From Savitreella phatthalungensis (taxonomy: Eukaryota), in assembly GCA_051599415.1 (NCBI GenBank), contig AP039698.1, positions 248,001 through 312,000 of the forward strand: 64,000 nt of DNA. The letters run 5' to 3'. The notes beneath the pieces were generated by a model. The model was not told the DNA's origin, did not search any database, and was given only the letters and a program-made list of their open reading frames with translations. The translations under genes were made by a program, and so were the position numbers. How positions within the stretch are numbered: position 1 is the stretch's first letter; each line of letters opens with the position of its first letter. Shown here one piece after another: positions 1 through 12,145 of this stretch.

Positions 1-3000
1 AGCGCTGAATGGCGATAGCTGCGATCATGCCGAGAAGTGCCTTCGGGAATGACCAGTTCTCAAGTAGCCACATAGCCTCGAAAATGATGAGCAACATGAC
101 GACAGCAATCGCGTGCGCAATCGCAGCCAGCACTGCGCCGAACTTTTTGCAGCACATTGAGAGACAGGGTCCCATGCAACATGCCATGCCGGAGAACATG
201 AGAGCGACACCGGCGTTGATACCGACGGGCGCAAAGGCGACGATGGCTACGCGCAGAATTGGATTCGAGCCCGATGCAGACGGGTCTCCAGTTATGTTGC
301 CGGGCTGAGAATTCATGAACAGGAATGGAACCAATGTAACGATGACGAGGAAAAGGGGTCCCACGACTTCCGAGAAGAAGACGTTGGTAAAAGAAGACCT
401 GGGAATGTCGCCAGACATCTTTTCCGATGGCAGACCAAGCACCTTGCGCTTGTAACCTGTGATTCGCGTTCGAGAAAGCCTGCAGTAGCCGATCCACGAA
501 TTTGCGTGAGTGCGCGAATTGCCGCGGGATAGCCAGCGAATGAACTCGCGATAATCGACAAAGAAATCCGTCCATGCGAACTGATGCGGGTTGAAGAGGA
601 ATGGCGAGATGCAGAGTGCGAGGATAGACACCCAGAAGTAAATGAGATGCGGTACCCAACACGTGAGCGTGGCAAAGAGAAGCATCATGAGTGTGCGAGA
701 TCCAAGATAGATCGATGGCCCAGCGAAGCGGGAGAAGAGGATCGAGAATGGAATGCGGGATGTGGCAAAGCCACGACCAGTGCCAATGTATCGAGCGCCG
801 CCGAAGGACAGATTGTTCAGAAGAGCATTGGCATAAATTTGGCAGACAAAGACCTCGAACAGGGGAGAGAGCGAGCCGAAGTGCTTTGCGAGACGTGTGG
901 CCGCACGCCAGACTCCGCGTTCCGTCAATTCCTGCACCACGAGGGGCACGAATGAGATGAAGAAGACGATGAAGATAGAGAGAATACAGCGCTTGACCCA
1001 AGCCAGTACCGGAGCGAGATTGTAACAGCCACCCGGTACGAGCTCATCGGTTGGAGGCTTGTTCGGGTTGTAGACGCAGACAGTGACGAGATAATAGATC
1101 GCACCAAGGTTCAGCATGACGATCATAAAGAGCTGCACAGACAGCATGATGAACAAATTGTTGATGTGGAAGCCGGGATGGGCATAGTAGAAGGAGAGGA
1201 AGCGGTCGATGGGCAATTGCGTACCCAGGTAGTAATATTCTCGAGAAAGCAATTGCTCACCCATGCCTGTGCCAATCTTTGTCGTGAAATTCAGGATGGA
1301 TCCGAAGCCAAGATCTCGTCCCTTGCCACACTGGTAATATTCGCAATGCTTGATACGGCCGCCGCGAAGCAGGGCTGTCATACCGGCGTAGATATCCTCG
1401 TTGAGATGGAGACCTTTCTGTGCCTTTGAGACACCGCCACGAGTCGTCATATAGATACCATTAAGGAAATCGGGATGACCATAGTGCAACTTGCCGCCAA
1501 TTTGCGCAAGCGTGCGCGCGAACAAGGTTCCAAAGGTCTGTTCTTTGCCTGCAGCAACATCGCCGAGGATGCCGATGTTCTCAGAAAAGATGTACTCACG
1601 AGCTCCGAGAATAGCGACCGGATGCTGTTCGTCCGATTGAACGCCTGGTGTGTACGGCGATGTCGTGGGCGGTTCCATTTCCTCAAACTCTGCGAGAACC
1701 GATCGAATTTTGAGGCACTCCTCGAGGTAGTTGTCCTGATTAGCGTCAATGAGCTGAATATACTCGCCACGATAGAAGATGAGAGCATGATTCTGGTTGT
1801 CTGACTTGCCGTCGCCAAGAATCGGGTTTCCGGATAATTGCACGCGGAACTTCGGCCGGCGCTTTCCATTTTCCATGATCTCTGAGTGGCCATCAATCAG
1901 GGCAGAGAAGATGCGCGGCTCATCACCCTCATTCAGTGGGGGTTCTTCGTCGAGGTAAGCAATCTGAAGGTCAGGGTAGGCTCGCAAAAGGAATTCCGTG
2001 TTCTCTTGCTCCTCCTTGTTGAACTTGGCATATCGCTGCATCGAGATAATGAACTTGAACTTACGACGTGCCATTCGCTCAAGTTCGCGCTCGAGTTTCT
2101 CTGTGTTGCCTCCAAACATCTGAACGACCTCCGGGTTTTCCACGCGGTAGAGCAACTTGATAGCGCGAGCGTAATTCATGAAACCAGAGACCGTGCGGTA
2201 GAGTGTCTGCGACCGAAGTGAAGCCCAAATACGGGTCCGCAGGGTATACTCTGGTGCCGCGCTCTTGAAACCGATGCAATAAAATGGAAGATCATCAATC
2301 TTGGACTTGACTGTCTCCTTCGAATCGTCCTTCTCGCCGTAGTCGCTTGGGAACACGCTCGTTTCCTCCGCAAGGATCTTCGTGTCCTTGACGAAACAGT
2401 CCCATTCGACCGGATGCAGCTGCTTCAGGTACTCGAGAAGCGTAACTCGCGAAAGCTGGTCATCCTCGCGGATGATTTCGCGCAATGACAAAAGAATCTT
2501 TTCTCCGTAGTGCGGTACTAGGACGGTGAACGTGGGCATGTTGTCGACCGGAACAGGCTCTGGGATGGGTGTCGACATCGACTGAGCGAAGAACGAGATT
2601 CGACGCTCAGCCTCAGAATGGCTAGGGAAGAATTCGGTTTTGAAAGAATGGTCTTCTTGAGAAACAAAGAATGTCGGGGCTCGCAAAGTCCGTTTGCCTT
2701 CCTGTTCCGATGGCACCTGGTGATAGAGGAGCTTCTGGACATGGTCGATCGCCAGCAAGTGTTCACGATACATTGAGATGACAACAGCATTCCAAATCTG
2801 CGAAATGAGCACCTTCGGCTTGTACTTGATCTCCATATCGTTGGTCGCCAGGATTTTTGAGTAGATGCGCTTTGGCATGCGGGAGAAAATGTTTCGCCAC
2901 GGGGTCCAAATGCTGACTCCGAGGTAGAAGGAGCGAGCGACCGAGAAGACCGTATTGAGGATGATATACCACAAATATGTGTCGAGGAAGAAGAGAATGA

Positions 3001-5260
3001 GGTCGGTCAGGTACATCAGACCAAGGAGGATCCGTGGTTGCCACTTGCAAAGGTAGTCGCTGGCATACTTAACGCCGCAGTCGTAGACGTGCATCGTCTG
3101 AAGTACTCTGATTGGGTCCCGGAATGACAAAGTCAGGAAGAAGTATGACTCAATAAACTTCGCAGCGAAAACTGCGAGCCAGAGACCATAGGACATCCAC
3201 ATGTCGTTGCCGGATAATCGATAGAACGAAGCGGTGAAGGTTTGACTCGAGACATATCGGCGAGAATTCTTGTACAAATAATTTCCGAACAGGCCTCCCA
3301 AAGGCATGATTGCGAAGAAGAAGAAGGTTGCGAGCGAGACGAAGAATGCGATAACGCCAACGATGAGCGGAATGCGTCCATTCTGTTTGTCGAGTGTATT
3401 ACAGATGATCAGCACATAGACTGGGCCCGCAACATTTAGGACGAGGAAACCGATCAGAATCATGAGTCGGCGAGACAAAGCCTGTGCACCGGCCCAGCGG
3501 CGCGGCACAAATGCCCACTCGCACAAGGTGGCGAGAATCATGAGGAATGAGGCGACAGCTCCGCCAAGCGCGCAAGCCGCCCAGTATGCGCTGTGAGCTG
3601 GCTTGTTGCCGAGGCGCTGCTGGAATTGGTGCGTGTATACGGTGGGCGAGTTGAAAGCTGTGTAGTACCAGAAGACCGTGACGTGGATAATCCAGATTCG
3701 GTTGAAGTTGGTGAAGAGGTGGAACCATGAGCGCGTCTCCTTATAAGTCTTGAAGAAGACCTTCTTCCAAACCACATCACCGAGACGATGGTAGCGCTGC
3801 GACGGAGGCAGGTCGATCAGCTTGCTTTTATCTTCAAATCGGATCTTGGCAATTCCCTCCGGATACCAGAACAATTGATTGATGTCATCATAGCCAATCG
3901 TCTTGTCGTGGTCGCGCTCACGCTTGACGTATTTGCCGTCGATCACTTCATAACCCTGGTCACGCATGTAGCGATACAGGGGCGTAATGACGGTGTTCAG
4001 GTAGTGACCTTCTTCGACAGCGTAAACGTGCCCTTGCTGCACTTCTGGCGAGTTCAAATAATCGTCCGCACACTTGAAAATGAAGCACAAAGTTTCTGGG
4101 CAGAATCGAACTTGATTTGCTTCGCCCCAGCACAGTAGCCAAAGCGCAACCTGTTGAACGCGCTGATGGTGCGTCATCACCGCCATGCGGGTCTTCCAGC
4201 GGTATTCAGCCGCCTCGAGAGACGTGTCACCCTCAAGCTCGGAAAGGGTTCCCTGCATATCGCTTGCATCGGCAGCATTGCGCTTCTTCTTGCTCTTGCG
4301 CTTCGACGAATTTTTGCCGAGCTTCATCGAGCCAAAGCCTACAGCATCATCGAGATCGAGTTGAGCCGCAAAATACCACTTGCGATAATTTGCGTTGTCG
4401 CCGCCGATGTAGTCGGCATGGAGAGAGAGAAGCGCTTGAGCTGGGGTCATGCGAGAGGCACGGGAATCACATTGCGACATAAAGAAATCGAACATGTTGC
4501 GCATGGAATCGCGCTGGAAGCCAAACTTATTGGCAAGGTCAATGAAGATGTCTTCGACCTCTTCCTTGCTAATAGGTATTTGGTTCTCTGGTATCCACGC
4601 CGGATACGGCTCTCTTGACTTTGCTGCCATTCCAGCTGGAAACTCCATGCCGTAGACAGGAGTGCTGGCACCAGAGGAGCGATTTCCGGCGTAAGAGACT
4701 TGACTGGAGTCAGGACGATAACGCCCTGGCTGCTGGAACGAGTCAGTGCTAGGACCATAGGAGTTGTACCGCTCGTCAGCGCGATCGTACAAACCCATCT
4801 CAGCCCCACGAGCTACATCTGAGCGCATCGTGAAGTCAGAGAATGTTTCGCTCTCCCCTTCGGAGGAGCCGCGACGGCCACGACGACCGCCATCCTGATA
4901 GTAGCCGCCGGCGCCGTGACCAGCGCCACCAGTCACCGGATGTTGACCGCCTGCCGGACCATGCCTTGAGTCATACGCATCGACAGGGTAGGCATCGACT
5001 GGGTAGTCCTCGTATACGTCACGGCTGTAGTCGTAGCCATCTGCACCATAGCTACCTTGGCCGCCGTCGTGGTAGCCGCGCCCTACATCGGAGTCTTCAT
5101 AATATTGTGCACCCGCACCGCCTTGGCCGTGCGAGCCGTCATAGTATGCCCCATCATCATAAGCACCGTGACCGTCATGGTAATATTCTTGGGCACTTCC
5201 GTGCTGCTGATGCCCATATCCCATGTCATCATCCTCGTAGTGCTGCTGCTGGCGCGACAT
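1..5260 (-). CDS. FKS1: 1,3-beta-D-glucan synthase catalytic subunit (3' end lies outside the window)
   Basis: Manual minus-strand translation from ATG at 5260 ([16 protein letters not shown]...) gives [42 protein letters not shown], hot-spot-1-like [13 protein letters not shown] (core FLTLSFRDP at 3113-3139) and [27 protein letters not shown]. The two hot-spot motifs are in frame with this ATG. The ORF track omits it, consistent with the frame running off the window edge. Confidence 0.97.
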   Translation of the reverse strand, partial: MSRQQQHYEDDDMGYGHQQHGSAQEYYHDGHGAYDDGAYYDGSHGQGGAGAQYYEDSDVGRGYHDGGQGSYGADGYDYSRDVYEDYPVDAYPVDAYDSRHGPAGGQHPVTGGAGHGAGGYYQDGGRRGRRGSSEGESETFSDFTMRSDVARGAEMGLYDRADERYNSYGPSTDSFQQPGRYRPDSSQVSYAGNRSSGASTPVYGMEFPAGMAAKSREPYPAWIPENQIPISKEEVEDIFIDLANKFGFQRDSMRNMFDFFMSQCDSRASRMTPAQALLSLHADYIGGDNANYRKWYFAAQLDLDDAVGFGSMKLGKNSSKRKSKKKRNAADASDMQGTLSELEGDTSLEAAEYRWKTRMAVMTHHQRVQQVALWLLCWGEANQVRFCPETLCFIFKCADDYLNSPEVQQGHVYAVEEGHYLNTVITPLYRYMRDQGYEVIDGKYVKRERDHDKTIGYDDINQLFWYPEGIAKIRFEDKSKLIDLPPSQRYHRLGDVVWKKVFFKTYKETRSWFHLFTNFNRIWIIHVTVFWYYTAFNSPTVYTHQFQQRLGNKPAHSAYWAACALGGAVASFLMILATLCEWAFVPRRWAGAQALSRRLMILIGFLVLNVAGPVYVLIICNTLDKQNGRIPLIVGVIAFFVSLATFFFFAIMPLGGLFGNYLYKNSRRYVSSQTFTASFYRLSGNDMWMSYGLWLAVFAAKFIESYFFLTLSFRDPIRVLQTMHVYDCGVKYASDYLCKWQPRILLGLMYLTDLILFFLDTYLWYIILNTVFSVARSFYLGVSIWTPWRNIFSRMPKRIYSKILATNDMEIKYKPKVLISQIWNAVVISMYREHLLAIDHVQKLLYHQVPSEQEGKRTLRAPTFFVSQEDHSFKTEFFPSHSEAERRISFFAQSMSTPIPEPVPVDNMPTFTVLVPHYGEKILLSLREIIREDDQLSRVTLLEYLKQLHPVEWDCFVKDTKILAEETSVFPSDYGEKDDSKETVKSKIDDLPFYCIGFKSAAPEYTLRTRIWASLRSQTLYRTVSGFMNYARAIKLLYRVENPEVVQMFGGNTEKLERELERMARRKFKFIISMQRYAKFNKEEQENTEFLLRAYPDLQIAYLDEEPPLNEGDEPRIFSALIDGHSEIMENGKRRPKFRVQLSGNPILGDGKSDNQNHALIFYRGEYIQLIDANQDNYLEECLKIRSVLAEFEEMEPPTTSPYTPGVQSDEQHPVAILGAREYIFSENIGILGDVAAGKEQTFGTLFARTLAQIGGKLHYGHPDFLNGIYMTTRGGVSKAQKGLHLNEDIYAGMTALLRGGRIKHCEYYQCGKGRDLGFGSILNFTTKIGTGMGEQLLSREYYYLGTQLPIDRFLSFYYAHPGFHINNLFIMLSVQLFMIVMLNLGAIYYLVTVCVYNPNKPPTDELVPGGCYNLAPVLAWVKRCILSIFIVFFISFVPLVVQELTERGVWRAATRLAKHFGSLSPLFEVFVCQIYANALLNNLSFGGARYIGTGRGFATSRIPFSILFSRFAGPSIYLGSRTLMMLLFATLTCWVPHLIYFWVSILALCISPFLFNPHQFAWTDFFVDYREFIRWLSRGNSRTHANSWIGYCRLSRTRITGYKRKVLGLPSEKMSGDIPRSSFTNVFFSEVVGPLFLVIVTLVPFLFMNSQPGNITGDPSASGSNPILRVAIVAFAPVGINAGVALMFSGMACCMGPCLSMCCKKFGAVLAAIAHAIAVVMLLIIFEAMWLLENWSFPKALLGMIAAIAIQR

Positions 5261-6355
5261 GATTGAAGGCACTGCGAGCTACACGGCGACGCGGATGAGA
5301 TCTTGCGAGAAACGGACTGCTGAGCTGGCGGATTGAATTGATAAAGAGAGTGCCTTGTGATCTAGTACCAAGTTCTCGTAGCACGCTGATTTTGACTCTT
5401 GCGTGAAGCTGGTCCTGTGTGTCGTCGACGTTGGAGGTAGATGGGAAGGTGTGATGGAGCGAGTGCTTGCAAGCCAGGGGTCATTGAGGACGGGGGCAAT
5501 TCATCTTTCTCTTTCTCCCATGATGTTTGGTACGCGTGCGGCTCGCGCGTCCGTGAGAGCCAGAAAGCGCGCTCCGAGATTGCCAATCTGGCAAAGGCTG
5601 GATCGTAATTCCAATCTAAGAACCTTAGCCAATTAAATGTTCAGGGCTGAGAAATCAGAGGCCGATCACCGAAGAATCGCACCTAGCTTACATTGAATTC
5701 CGCGAAGCTATCCCAGGGGTACAAGATATATCGGTACATTGCGAGAATTTGCGTCTATTTTTGGTTTATGAAACATAACAAGGTCAGAAACTCGGAAGCT
5801 GGGCATGCCGGCTGACGTCGTCATTGAACGAGCCATGCAGGCTATTTTTGGCTGCCTCGGCCACTATGCGCGGTCACGTGTATCTTTCCTCGGCCGATGG
5901 CAGCAATCAGCCACGTTGCGCCACATTGTCCCAAATCGCAGAGCCACGTGCCAGGTTCCTTGTCTGCGAGGTGTAGCGTATAGCACCGCTGCGAATATGC
6001 ATGTCTGTGCATACTGCGGTGCTGCCTTTGCCCGGGTCGCTACGTCGGCCGCGCCTGTCAAGCGTTGCACTGGGTAATGCGCGTAAAGAGCACACTGTAT
6101 GTCCTAGCAGAATTGTGGAGTATCGTACCCGAAGAGCACAAGTGAGCAGCGCGCGGTTGATCTGGTGCTCAGAGGGTCGCCAAAGCACCTGTCTCTTTCG
6201 GCAGAACGGCCTGCGTGTTTGACATTCATACTGGCCGACTGAGTGCAAACCGTCGCTCCATCAATCGACCAAGAGCTATCGAACGCTAGTGCTGTACAGG
6301 TGAGCTCGAATTCGCGACGGGTCGAGCAATCTGGGCAACAGCAGTGATATCAGAC

Positions 6356-7041
6356 ATGGTGTATCTCGAGCAGGATCGAGTCCTAGCTCCAGTGCCATTT
6401 GTCACAGCGCGCAGATTCTGGTTGTTGAGCTACCTGTCACTGGCTTCGGTTCTCACCGCTATGGGACTCGCAAGGGTAAGCGCCTCTGGCACCGAACTGT
6501 TCGATTACTGACTTACTCCAAGATCATCGGTCGACCCTTGGCGATGCGCGTTCTTGCGGCCCGCATTGATATCCAGAGCGGAATCCGAGAGCGCCTGGTA
6601 GAGCTGATCAACCTCTTGGCCCTCTCCGTGACCTCTTTGAAGGGGCGCAAAATTGCCGTTGATACCAAAAGACATCGCTTGCTCGTCGACACACAAACAC
6701 AGACAGGTCCGGAAGACCTGTCGGCCGCTCCATCCGGGGATGAGCTCGACGAGCAGACTGAACGGGGATCACAGATGGTGCAACGTCTCGGCAGTTGCAG
6801 CGCCGGTGTTTCCAGCCTGAGTCCCACGGACGAAGGCGCCGCTTACACTGATGCTTTTGGCGCCACGACAAATTTGAAAGAGGCTCTACTGGACATGCAG
6901 ACCTCGGTTTACCGGAAATACGAGACATCGAGCACAGGGTTGCCCAGCAATATCAACAAAGCGCCAGAAAACATACTCCAAAAGATCAAGGCAGAGATAC
7001 GCAGCGTGAAAGGCAGCTGTCTCTCGTTGCGACCGCACTAG
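6356..7041 (+). CDS. Pex14/17 (Pex33)-like peroxisomal docking-complex protein, about 212 aa, one intron
   Basis: Exon 6356-6475, intron 6476-6522 (GTAAGC...TACTGAC...AAG), exon 6523-7041. Translation MVYLEQDRVLAPVPFVTARRFWLLSYLSLASVLTAMGLAR/IIGRPLAMRVLAARIDIQ... has a TM segment and coiled coils. The C-terminal IKAEIRSVKGSCLS resembles the Pex14/17 KAEIRxVKGxLLS motif. Confidence 0.65.
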
Positions 7042-7070
7042 TGAGCTTCTTGTGCTCGTTATATATATGT

Positions 7071-8252
7071 CTACTGATAATTGAGCATTCGTGAATAACT
7101 GGCTGGTGTCGTGTCGTAGTGGTCCACGAAGAAGGTCTTCTGACGTTGCGCAATAAACCTATGACATGTTAGTGGACACTTCCTTGTGCAAAATTGCTTT
7201 CATACGTGAGCAGATCGCGCAGATATTCACGCAGAATCGATGTCGCCTGATTGTCCATCGACGTTTGACCTACGAGCTCATTCATCGTGGCTGCCGTCAG
7301 TAAACGTAGAGCATCAGGATCTGGCATATCGAGCTTACCGATAAGGCGTAATAAGTGCTCCGCGCCGTATATACCACTAGCACTCGCATTCTCGCCGTAG
7401 TGCTTCCGTACATCGGCATACTGCTGCCGCTCAAACCGATATAGAAGCACGGTGCCGAGACAGCGGTCGAAGTAATCCAGAAAACCCTCGAAAAATTCGT
7501 CCTCGAGCTCGGCTTGTGCGCTTCCAGGCCGTTTTGGCGGTAGTATGCTGCGGAGCTCACGAACGATGTCCAGCGCATTTGGCTTGCGCGGTAATGGTAC
7601 AAGCCGCTCATCCTTCGTTATCCACTCCCAATCATCGATGAGCCGGGCCTTCAGTGAGTCTGGTATCTGCAGTGCAAGCTTGGCCCGATGGCTCGAGTCG
7701 TCGGCACCATCTACTTCGCCGCGAGAACGTTTTGTTCGCGACTGCATAGTGAGCCTCTGTGGTATACTAGCAAGATCGCTGACATGGGCTCCTGAAGAGG
7801 ATCTGAGCGCTGTCGAGGCCGGGCCGCCGCCATTGCTACTGACAGACACCGGTAAAGTTGTCGAGCGCTTCTGATTATCAGCCAAGCGCTTCTGCGCGGC
7901 AAGTGCTTCATTCTTCAGTTCTTTAGAATGCTTCAGGTTGTCCTCTGTCCATTTGCGCACCCGAGATTCTGGTACCCATTCATCCCACCTTGACGTCGGT
8001 CAGTCTTGGTTCGTTTCACGAGCGCATGATCAACATACGTCCTCTTCCAGCCCTTATAGTGTACCAAAAATAATGGGCCTTTGTTGCTTGCTTCAGCGCC
8101 CCGCCGTCCTTCGTCTGCGCCTTTCTCCCTGACCTGTAGAATCTGCGACACGTCAGTAACTTTGCAACTCTCTCGCCGATCATACGTACCTTTGCCTCGT
8201 ACAGCAATGGCCCGTGGAAGCAGAGAACACGCTCTTCGACTGCGAAGGACAT
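7071..8252 (-). CDS. EAF3: Chromodomain + MRG domain protein (NuA4/Rpd3S subunit), four introns
   Basis: Motifs MSFAVEERVLCFHGPLLYEAK, HYKGWKRT/WDEWV, LIDDWEWIT, LLYRFERQQY, YGAEHLLRL. Introns 8143-8189, 7989-8038, 7291-7338 and 7159-7205 have GT..AG ends and restore frame. Stop TAG at 7071-7073. Confidence 0.95.
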
Positions 8253-8541
8253 GCTCGTGCGCGCAAAGCACCACCGACGACGCCTCGCCTGGAGAGGGTA
8301 TTGATCAGCCGATGTATTATTGAAGCGATCGTGCGACTGTGCTCGAGTCTTGGAAGGTGGCGGACGACCGTCGGTGCTGCTTGCATGATTCTTTCGAGGG
8401 CGCGCACAAATGAAACTCAGCGGCATGCAGCGAATTCTCTTCAAAAATCAATGTCACGCGAACGCGGCCAAATCGGTATAGAATCGTATCGTGTCAAAGG
8501 GCAATGTGCCGCTACAGTAACATAAGCACAAGGTACAGGGA

Positions 8542-9633
8542 TCAGACATCTGCACACGCAGACTGTTGCTGGCTGTCTCCGACTGAGGCGGCATAAGCTT
8601 TCAGGATGTCGGCTATCGATACAACGCCGGAAAGACGGTTAGCATCGTCTTCAACGACCCAAAGACGATGTGTTTTGGTGACGACAAGCTTGGCGACGAC
8701 GTAGTCAAGAGTCGAGGCCATCGTGCAGCTGAAAGTTGGTGCAGAGTCCCGTCCGCGTGCCAAGCCTTCCTCGAATTTTATGTGTTGCAGGAAGTTTCCG
8801 ATGGAGGTCTTGAGAATCGGGATTGAAGAAGAACGTGTCACATACTTCAGATCGACCAGTGAGATGTTCCCAAGGAGATGGCGATGTTGCCTGTCAACCA
8901 CGGCCAAGGAACTAATGCTGCGGCGATTCATAGTCTGAAACGCCTCGATAACACGCTCGTCAGCGGCAATTGAGACTGGCTCTGCAGTGTCGAGATTGAG
9001 ATCCTGAACGGTGTTGGCGTGCAGCTTGCGCAGGCTGTCGAAAGAGGAAAGATTGTCGAAGATGAAAGTGAGCAACACACGTGCTGAAACAACACCAATG
9101 ACATTATCTTGAGCATCGACCACCCCTACACGAGCCAGCCCCGTGCCGAGCATTTTCGCCACTAAACCAAGTTGTTCGGTCTGTTGTACGGTAGTGAAGG
9201 CATCTTTGAAACCCAAATCGCTGATTTTGTAGACTGGAACAGCAGTGCCAGCTCGCGCAGCGCGAATCGTGTCTTGGAAATCTTCAGGGTAATCGCGATC
9301 GACGTCAAGAATCATCATCAAGAACGCGCAAAGGTCGGAATAGTCGAACGTTCGGACGAGGCGAGCATCATCGGGACTCGATCTGATGGGAATTTGAGTC
9401 AGGTCATGCTCATTCAGGATCGATGCAGCTTCCTCAATCGAGGTATCCTTATCGCAGAATATTGGTTTGTGATCTTTGATAACTTCGTACACCTGGATCT
9501 CGTGCCATGGGCAGCTGTACTGTCGCTCGCGGGCCTCTCGCTCTGGCGCGACGATGTCGCTATAACTCGTGCGACTGGACGAGCGCGAACGACTGCTGGA
9601 GATGTGACTCACAGGTCGCGAGCGCCGGTCCAT
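8542..9633 (-). CDS. SDS23: Sds23/Sds24-type CBS-domain protein
   Basis: 363-aa ORF with tandem CBS motifs (TSIEEA, FDYSDL, ISSLAVVD, LLGNISLVDLKYV, AKLVVTKTHRLWVV, GVVSIADIL). Confidence 0.88.
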   Translation of the reverse strand: MDRRSRPVSHISSSRSRSSSRTSYSDIVAPEREARERQYSCPWHEIQVYEVIKDHKPIFCDKDTSIEEAASILNEHDLTQIPIRSSPDDARLVRTFDYSDLCAFLMMILDVDRDYPEDFQDTIRAARAGTAVPVYKISDLGFKDAFTTVQQTEQLGLVAKMLGTGLARVGVVDAQDNVIGVVSARVLLTFIFDNLSSFDSLRKLHANTVQDLNLDTAEPVSIAADERVIEAFQTMNRRSISSLAVVDRQHRHLLGNISLVDLKYVTRSSSIPILKTSIGNFLQHIKFEEGLARGRDSAPTFSCTMASTLDYVVAKLVVTKTHRLWVVEDDANRLSGVVSIADILKAYAASVGDSQQQSACADV

Positions 9634-9961
9634 CGGAGCTGCTGCGAACCGTTACGGACGATGACTTAGTTCATCCGTGAGACGCCGCTTCTCGAGGTCG
9701 ATTCGCGTCAACTAAGTATTTATCAGAGTGGAATCATTCGTAATGCGTCATGACTTCAGAATCCGAGAATGCAAACACCACTATGACTGGAAGGAAAACG
9801 GGATTAGCGAATGACAATATCCAGGTATTTCTACGAACGACTGGGCGTAATGATTGTCTACAGTACTCCTCAAAAGAATGCGTGCTCCGTTCATCGCTCG
9901 CCTCTCTGGATACTTTGCTCATCTCTAAACGATTCGTGATAGCGAAAGGCCTTTGAAGCAC

Positions 9962-10381
9962 TCAGATGTCGTCAATGTCAAAGTCGAACTCGACGTCGTC
10001 GCCCTCTCCGTCTGCGCCGAACGTATCGGTCTCATTAATCTTTGCGTTCTCGGGCAGCTCGCCATATGCTTTCAGGTTACGCGCCTCGTCCGCAGTGTAC
10101 TTTAGGATCACGTCACCCTTCTCGTCCTGATAGTCGCGCAAAGATAGAAGAATGATATCACCCTGATTGATCCATACCTTCTTGCGAAGCTTTCCTCTGA
10201 TGTGCGCTAGTCGCTTCTCTCCGTCGAAGCAAGCTGCTTCGAGTCGCCCGTTCCCTAGCATTTTTGTAACCTGCGCGTATATCTGGCCCTCCTCTGCGAA
10301 GACGAGCTCACGCTTCTCTCCCTCCTTTTCATTCTTACCTCGCCGTTTGTTCTTACCTCCCTTTCCCTTATTCTTCGGCAT
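9962..10381 (-). CDS. TIF11: Translation initiation factor eIF1A
   Basis: [17 protein letters not shown]...[10 protein letters not shown]...[12 protein letters not shown]...acidic tail DFDIDDI. Confidence 0.98.
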   Translation of the reverse strand: MPKNKGKGGKNKRRGKNEKEGEKRELVFAEEGQIYAQVTKMLGNGRLEAACFDGEKRLAHIRGKLRKKVWINQGDIILLSLRDYQDEKGDVILKYTADEARNLKAYGELPENAKINETDTFGADGEGDDVEFDFDIDDI

Positions 10382-10391
10382 GACGGACGGT

Positions 10392-10437
10392 CTAGGAACG
10401 AGCGGTCAGATGCTGGTCGAAAGATGTTGTGGTGGAC
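10392..10437 (-). other. Probable 5' UTR intron of eIF1A
   Basis: 46 nt, GTCCAC...CTGAC...CCTAG, ending 10 nt before the ATG. Size matches the other introns, but the donor is weak. Confidence 0.5.
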
Positions 10438-10974
10438 CTTAGAGCTCAACTAGATTGCCTGGTGCAACACCGCGAGATTACGAAAGGCGACGAATTCCTG
10501 GCTGCTAATATGCAGTGCTTTTAGACGAGCGCGAAAGCTCTCGTACAGCGCGGAAGTCCTCAAATCTATGGACAATCGATTGCGTCCCCTTTGATGTCTC
10601 CAGGAAGTCTCACGAGCCGCGATTGAAAATGCGGATTACTGACGCAGTCATTGAAAGTGTGTAGAAAAAGATTTCTTCAGCGTACGTAGCATGATCGCAA
10701 GGGTCATTCTACCAAGCATCAAGTGACTGACAAGATGGATAATTATAAACTTATATGCAATAGTAGGCTAGAGCATAATATTAGTTGTAAATGGAAGTCG
10801 GAAGAGTCGACGTTTTTATGATAGGGAATCTTGTGCATTCGAATTTCGGAGCAGTGAACAAAATTAGCCGCCGCACAGCGCCGAAACGCTTTCCGATCCC
10901 ACTTTGGCAGGGCGCTCTCGAGCAATCATGCTTCAGTAGCACCATATGGCTCTGAGCGCTGCAGGGCTCAACCT

Positions 10975-11008
10975 ATGCATGCAGGCATGCATGCATGCAT
11001 GCATGCAT
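10975..11008. repeat. (ATGC)n self-complementary microsatellite
   Basis: atgcatgcaggcatgcatgcatgcatgcatgcat read directly. Confidence 0.9.
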
Positions 11009-11209
11009 TCAATTCATTTGGTATGAGCATCACAATGAGCCAGGTTGCCGTGGCGTATAGCGAATGTTGAATATTGAAACGTCTGTCATTCCTTCTGCAC
11101 CATCCTTTGGACGCCCCACCAACTAGAATACAATTGATACGAACGCTTGTGCGTGAGCAGAGTCAAAAATCGTCGAACCTCGATACCTGGATTGACTTTG
11201 TGCCTGAGC

Positions 11210-12132
11210 ATGGCACACGGAACTTATGCGCACCTCCTGTCACCGGGATGGAGGAACATCGTGTACGATCGATTCTATGACATTAATGGACGTGTAAGCT
11301 GACCAACAGTACTGAGTGGCTTAAAGAGGACACCCCCGCATTTGATTTCGGCGGATTTGTTGTAGGTGAAGGTGAAGAGCGCGCGGTCCTGCTGGGCAAG
11401 AGTCCCGGCGTACTTGCAGGCGTACCATTCGTCGATGAGATCTTTCTTCAGCTTGGCTGCAAGGTCGAGTGGCATCTTGCAGAAGGAGAATCCTTTGAGC
11501 CTGTCCACAAGGTCGCGACTGTGACGGGGCCAGTCAGGCATTTGCTGCTCGGCGAGCGCATCGCGTTGAACGCTCTCGCACGTTGCTCGGGCATTGCGAC
11601 CAAGTCTGCGCGAATGCTCAAGGCGGCACGGGCGGCGGGCTATACAGGCATTCTTGCCGGTACGCGAAAGACTACACCAGGTTTCAGGCTCGTGGAGAAA
11701 TACGGGATGCTGGTCGGCGGCATCGATATGCATCGCAATGATCTCTCAAGCATGGTCATGTTGAAAGACAATCACATCGCATCGAAAGGCAGCATCACCA
11801 ACGCGATCACAGCTGCTAAGTCAGTCGCTGGCTTTTCAGTCAAGATTGAGGTCGAAGTCTCCAGCGAAGCTGATGCAGATGAAGCGATCGAAGCCGGCGC
11901 TGATATTGTCATGCTCGACAACTTTGACACAAGCGGGCTCAAGGCTTGTTCCCGTGCCCTCAAGAGCAAGTGGCAAGACAGCAAGCACAGTTTCCTGCTC
12001 GAATGCTCTGGCGGTCTCACAGAAAGCAACCTGGATGGATATCTCACCAATGATATAGATATCTACTCGACCTCTTCTGTCCACCAGTCGGTGCAGCATG
12101 TCGACTTCTCCCTCAAGATCGCGAAGAAATGA
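11210..12132 (+). CDS. BNA6: Nicotinate-nucleotide pyrophosphorylase (quinolinate phosphoribosyltransferase), one intron
   Basis: Exon 11210-11262, intron 11263-11309 (GTACGA...GCTGAC...CAG), then [60 protein letters not shown]. Confidence 0.96.
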
Positions 12133-12145
12133 GAGTCGAGGCGAC

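Noticed and set aside
60..1001. 313-aa minus-strand ORF and the many short ORFs over 1-5260
   Set aside because: Alternative-frame or antisense shadows of FKS1. They have no motifs and are expected in GC-rich coding DNA.
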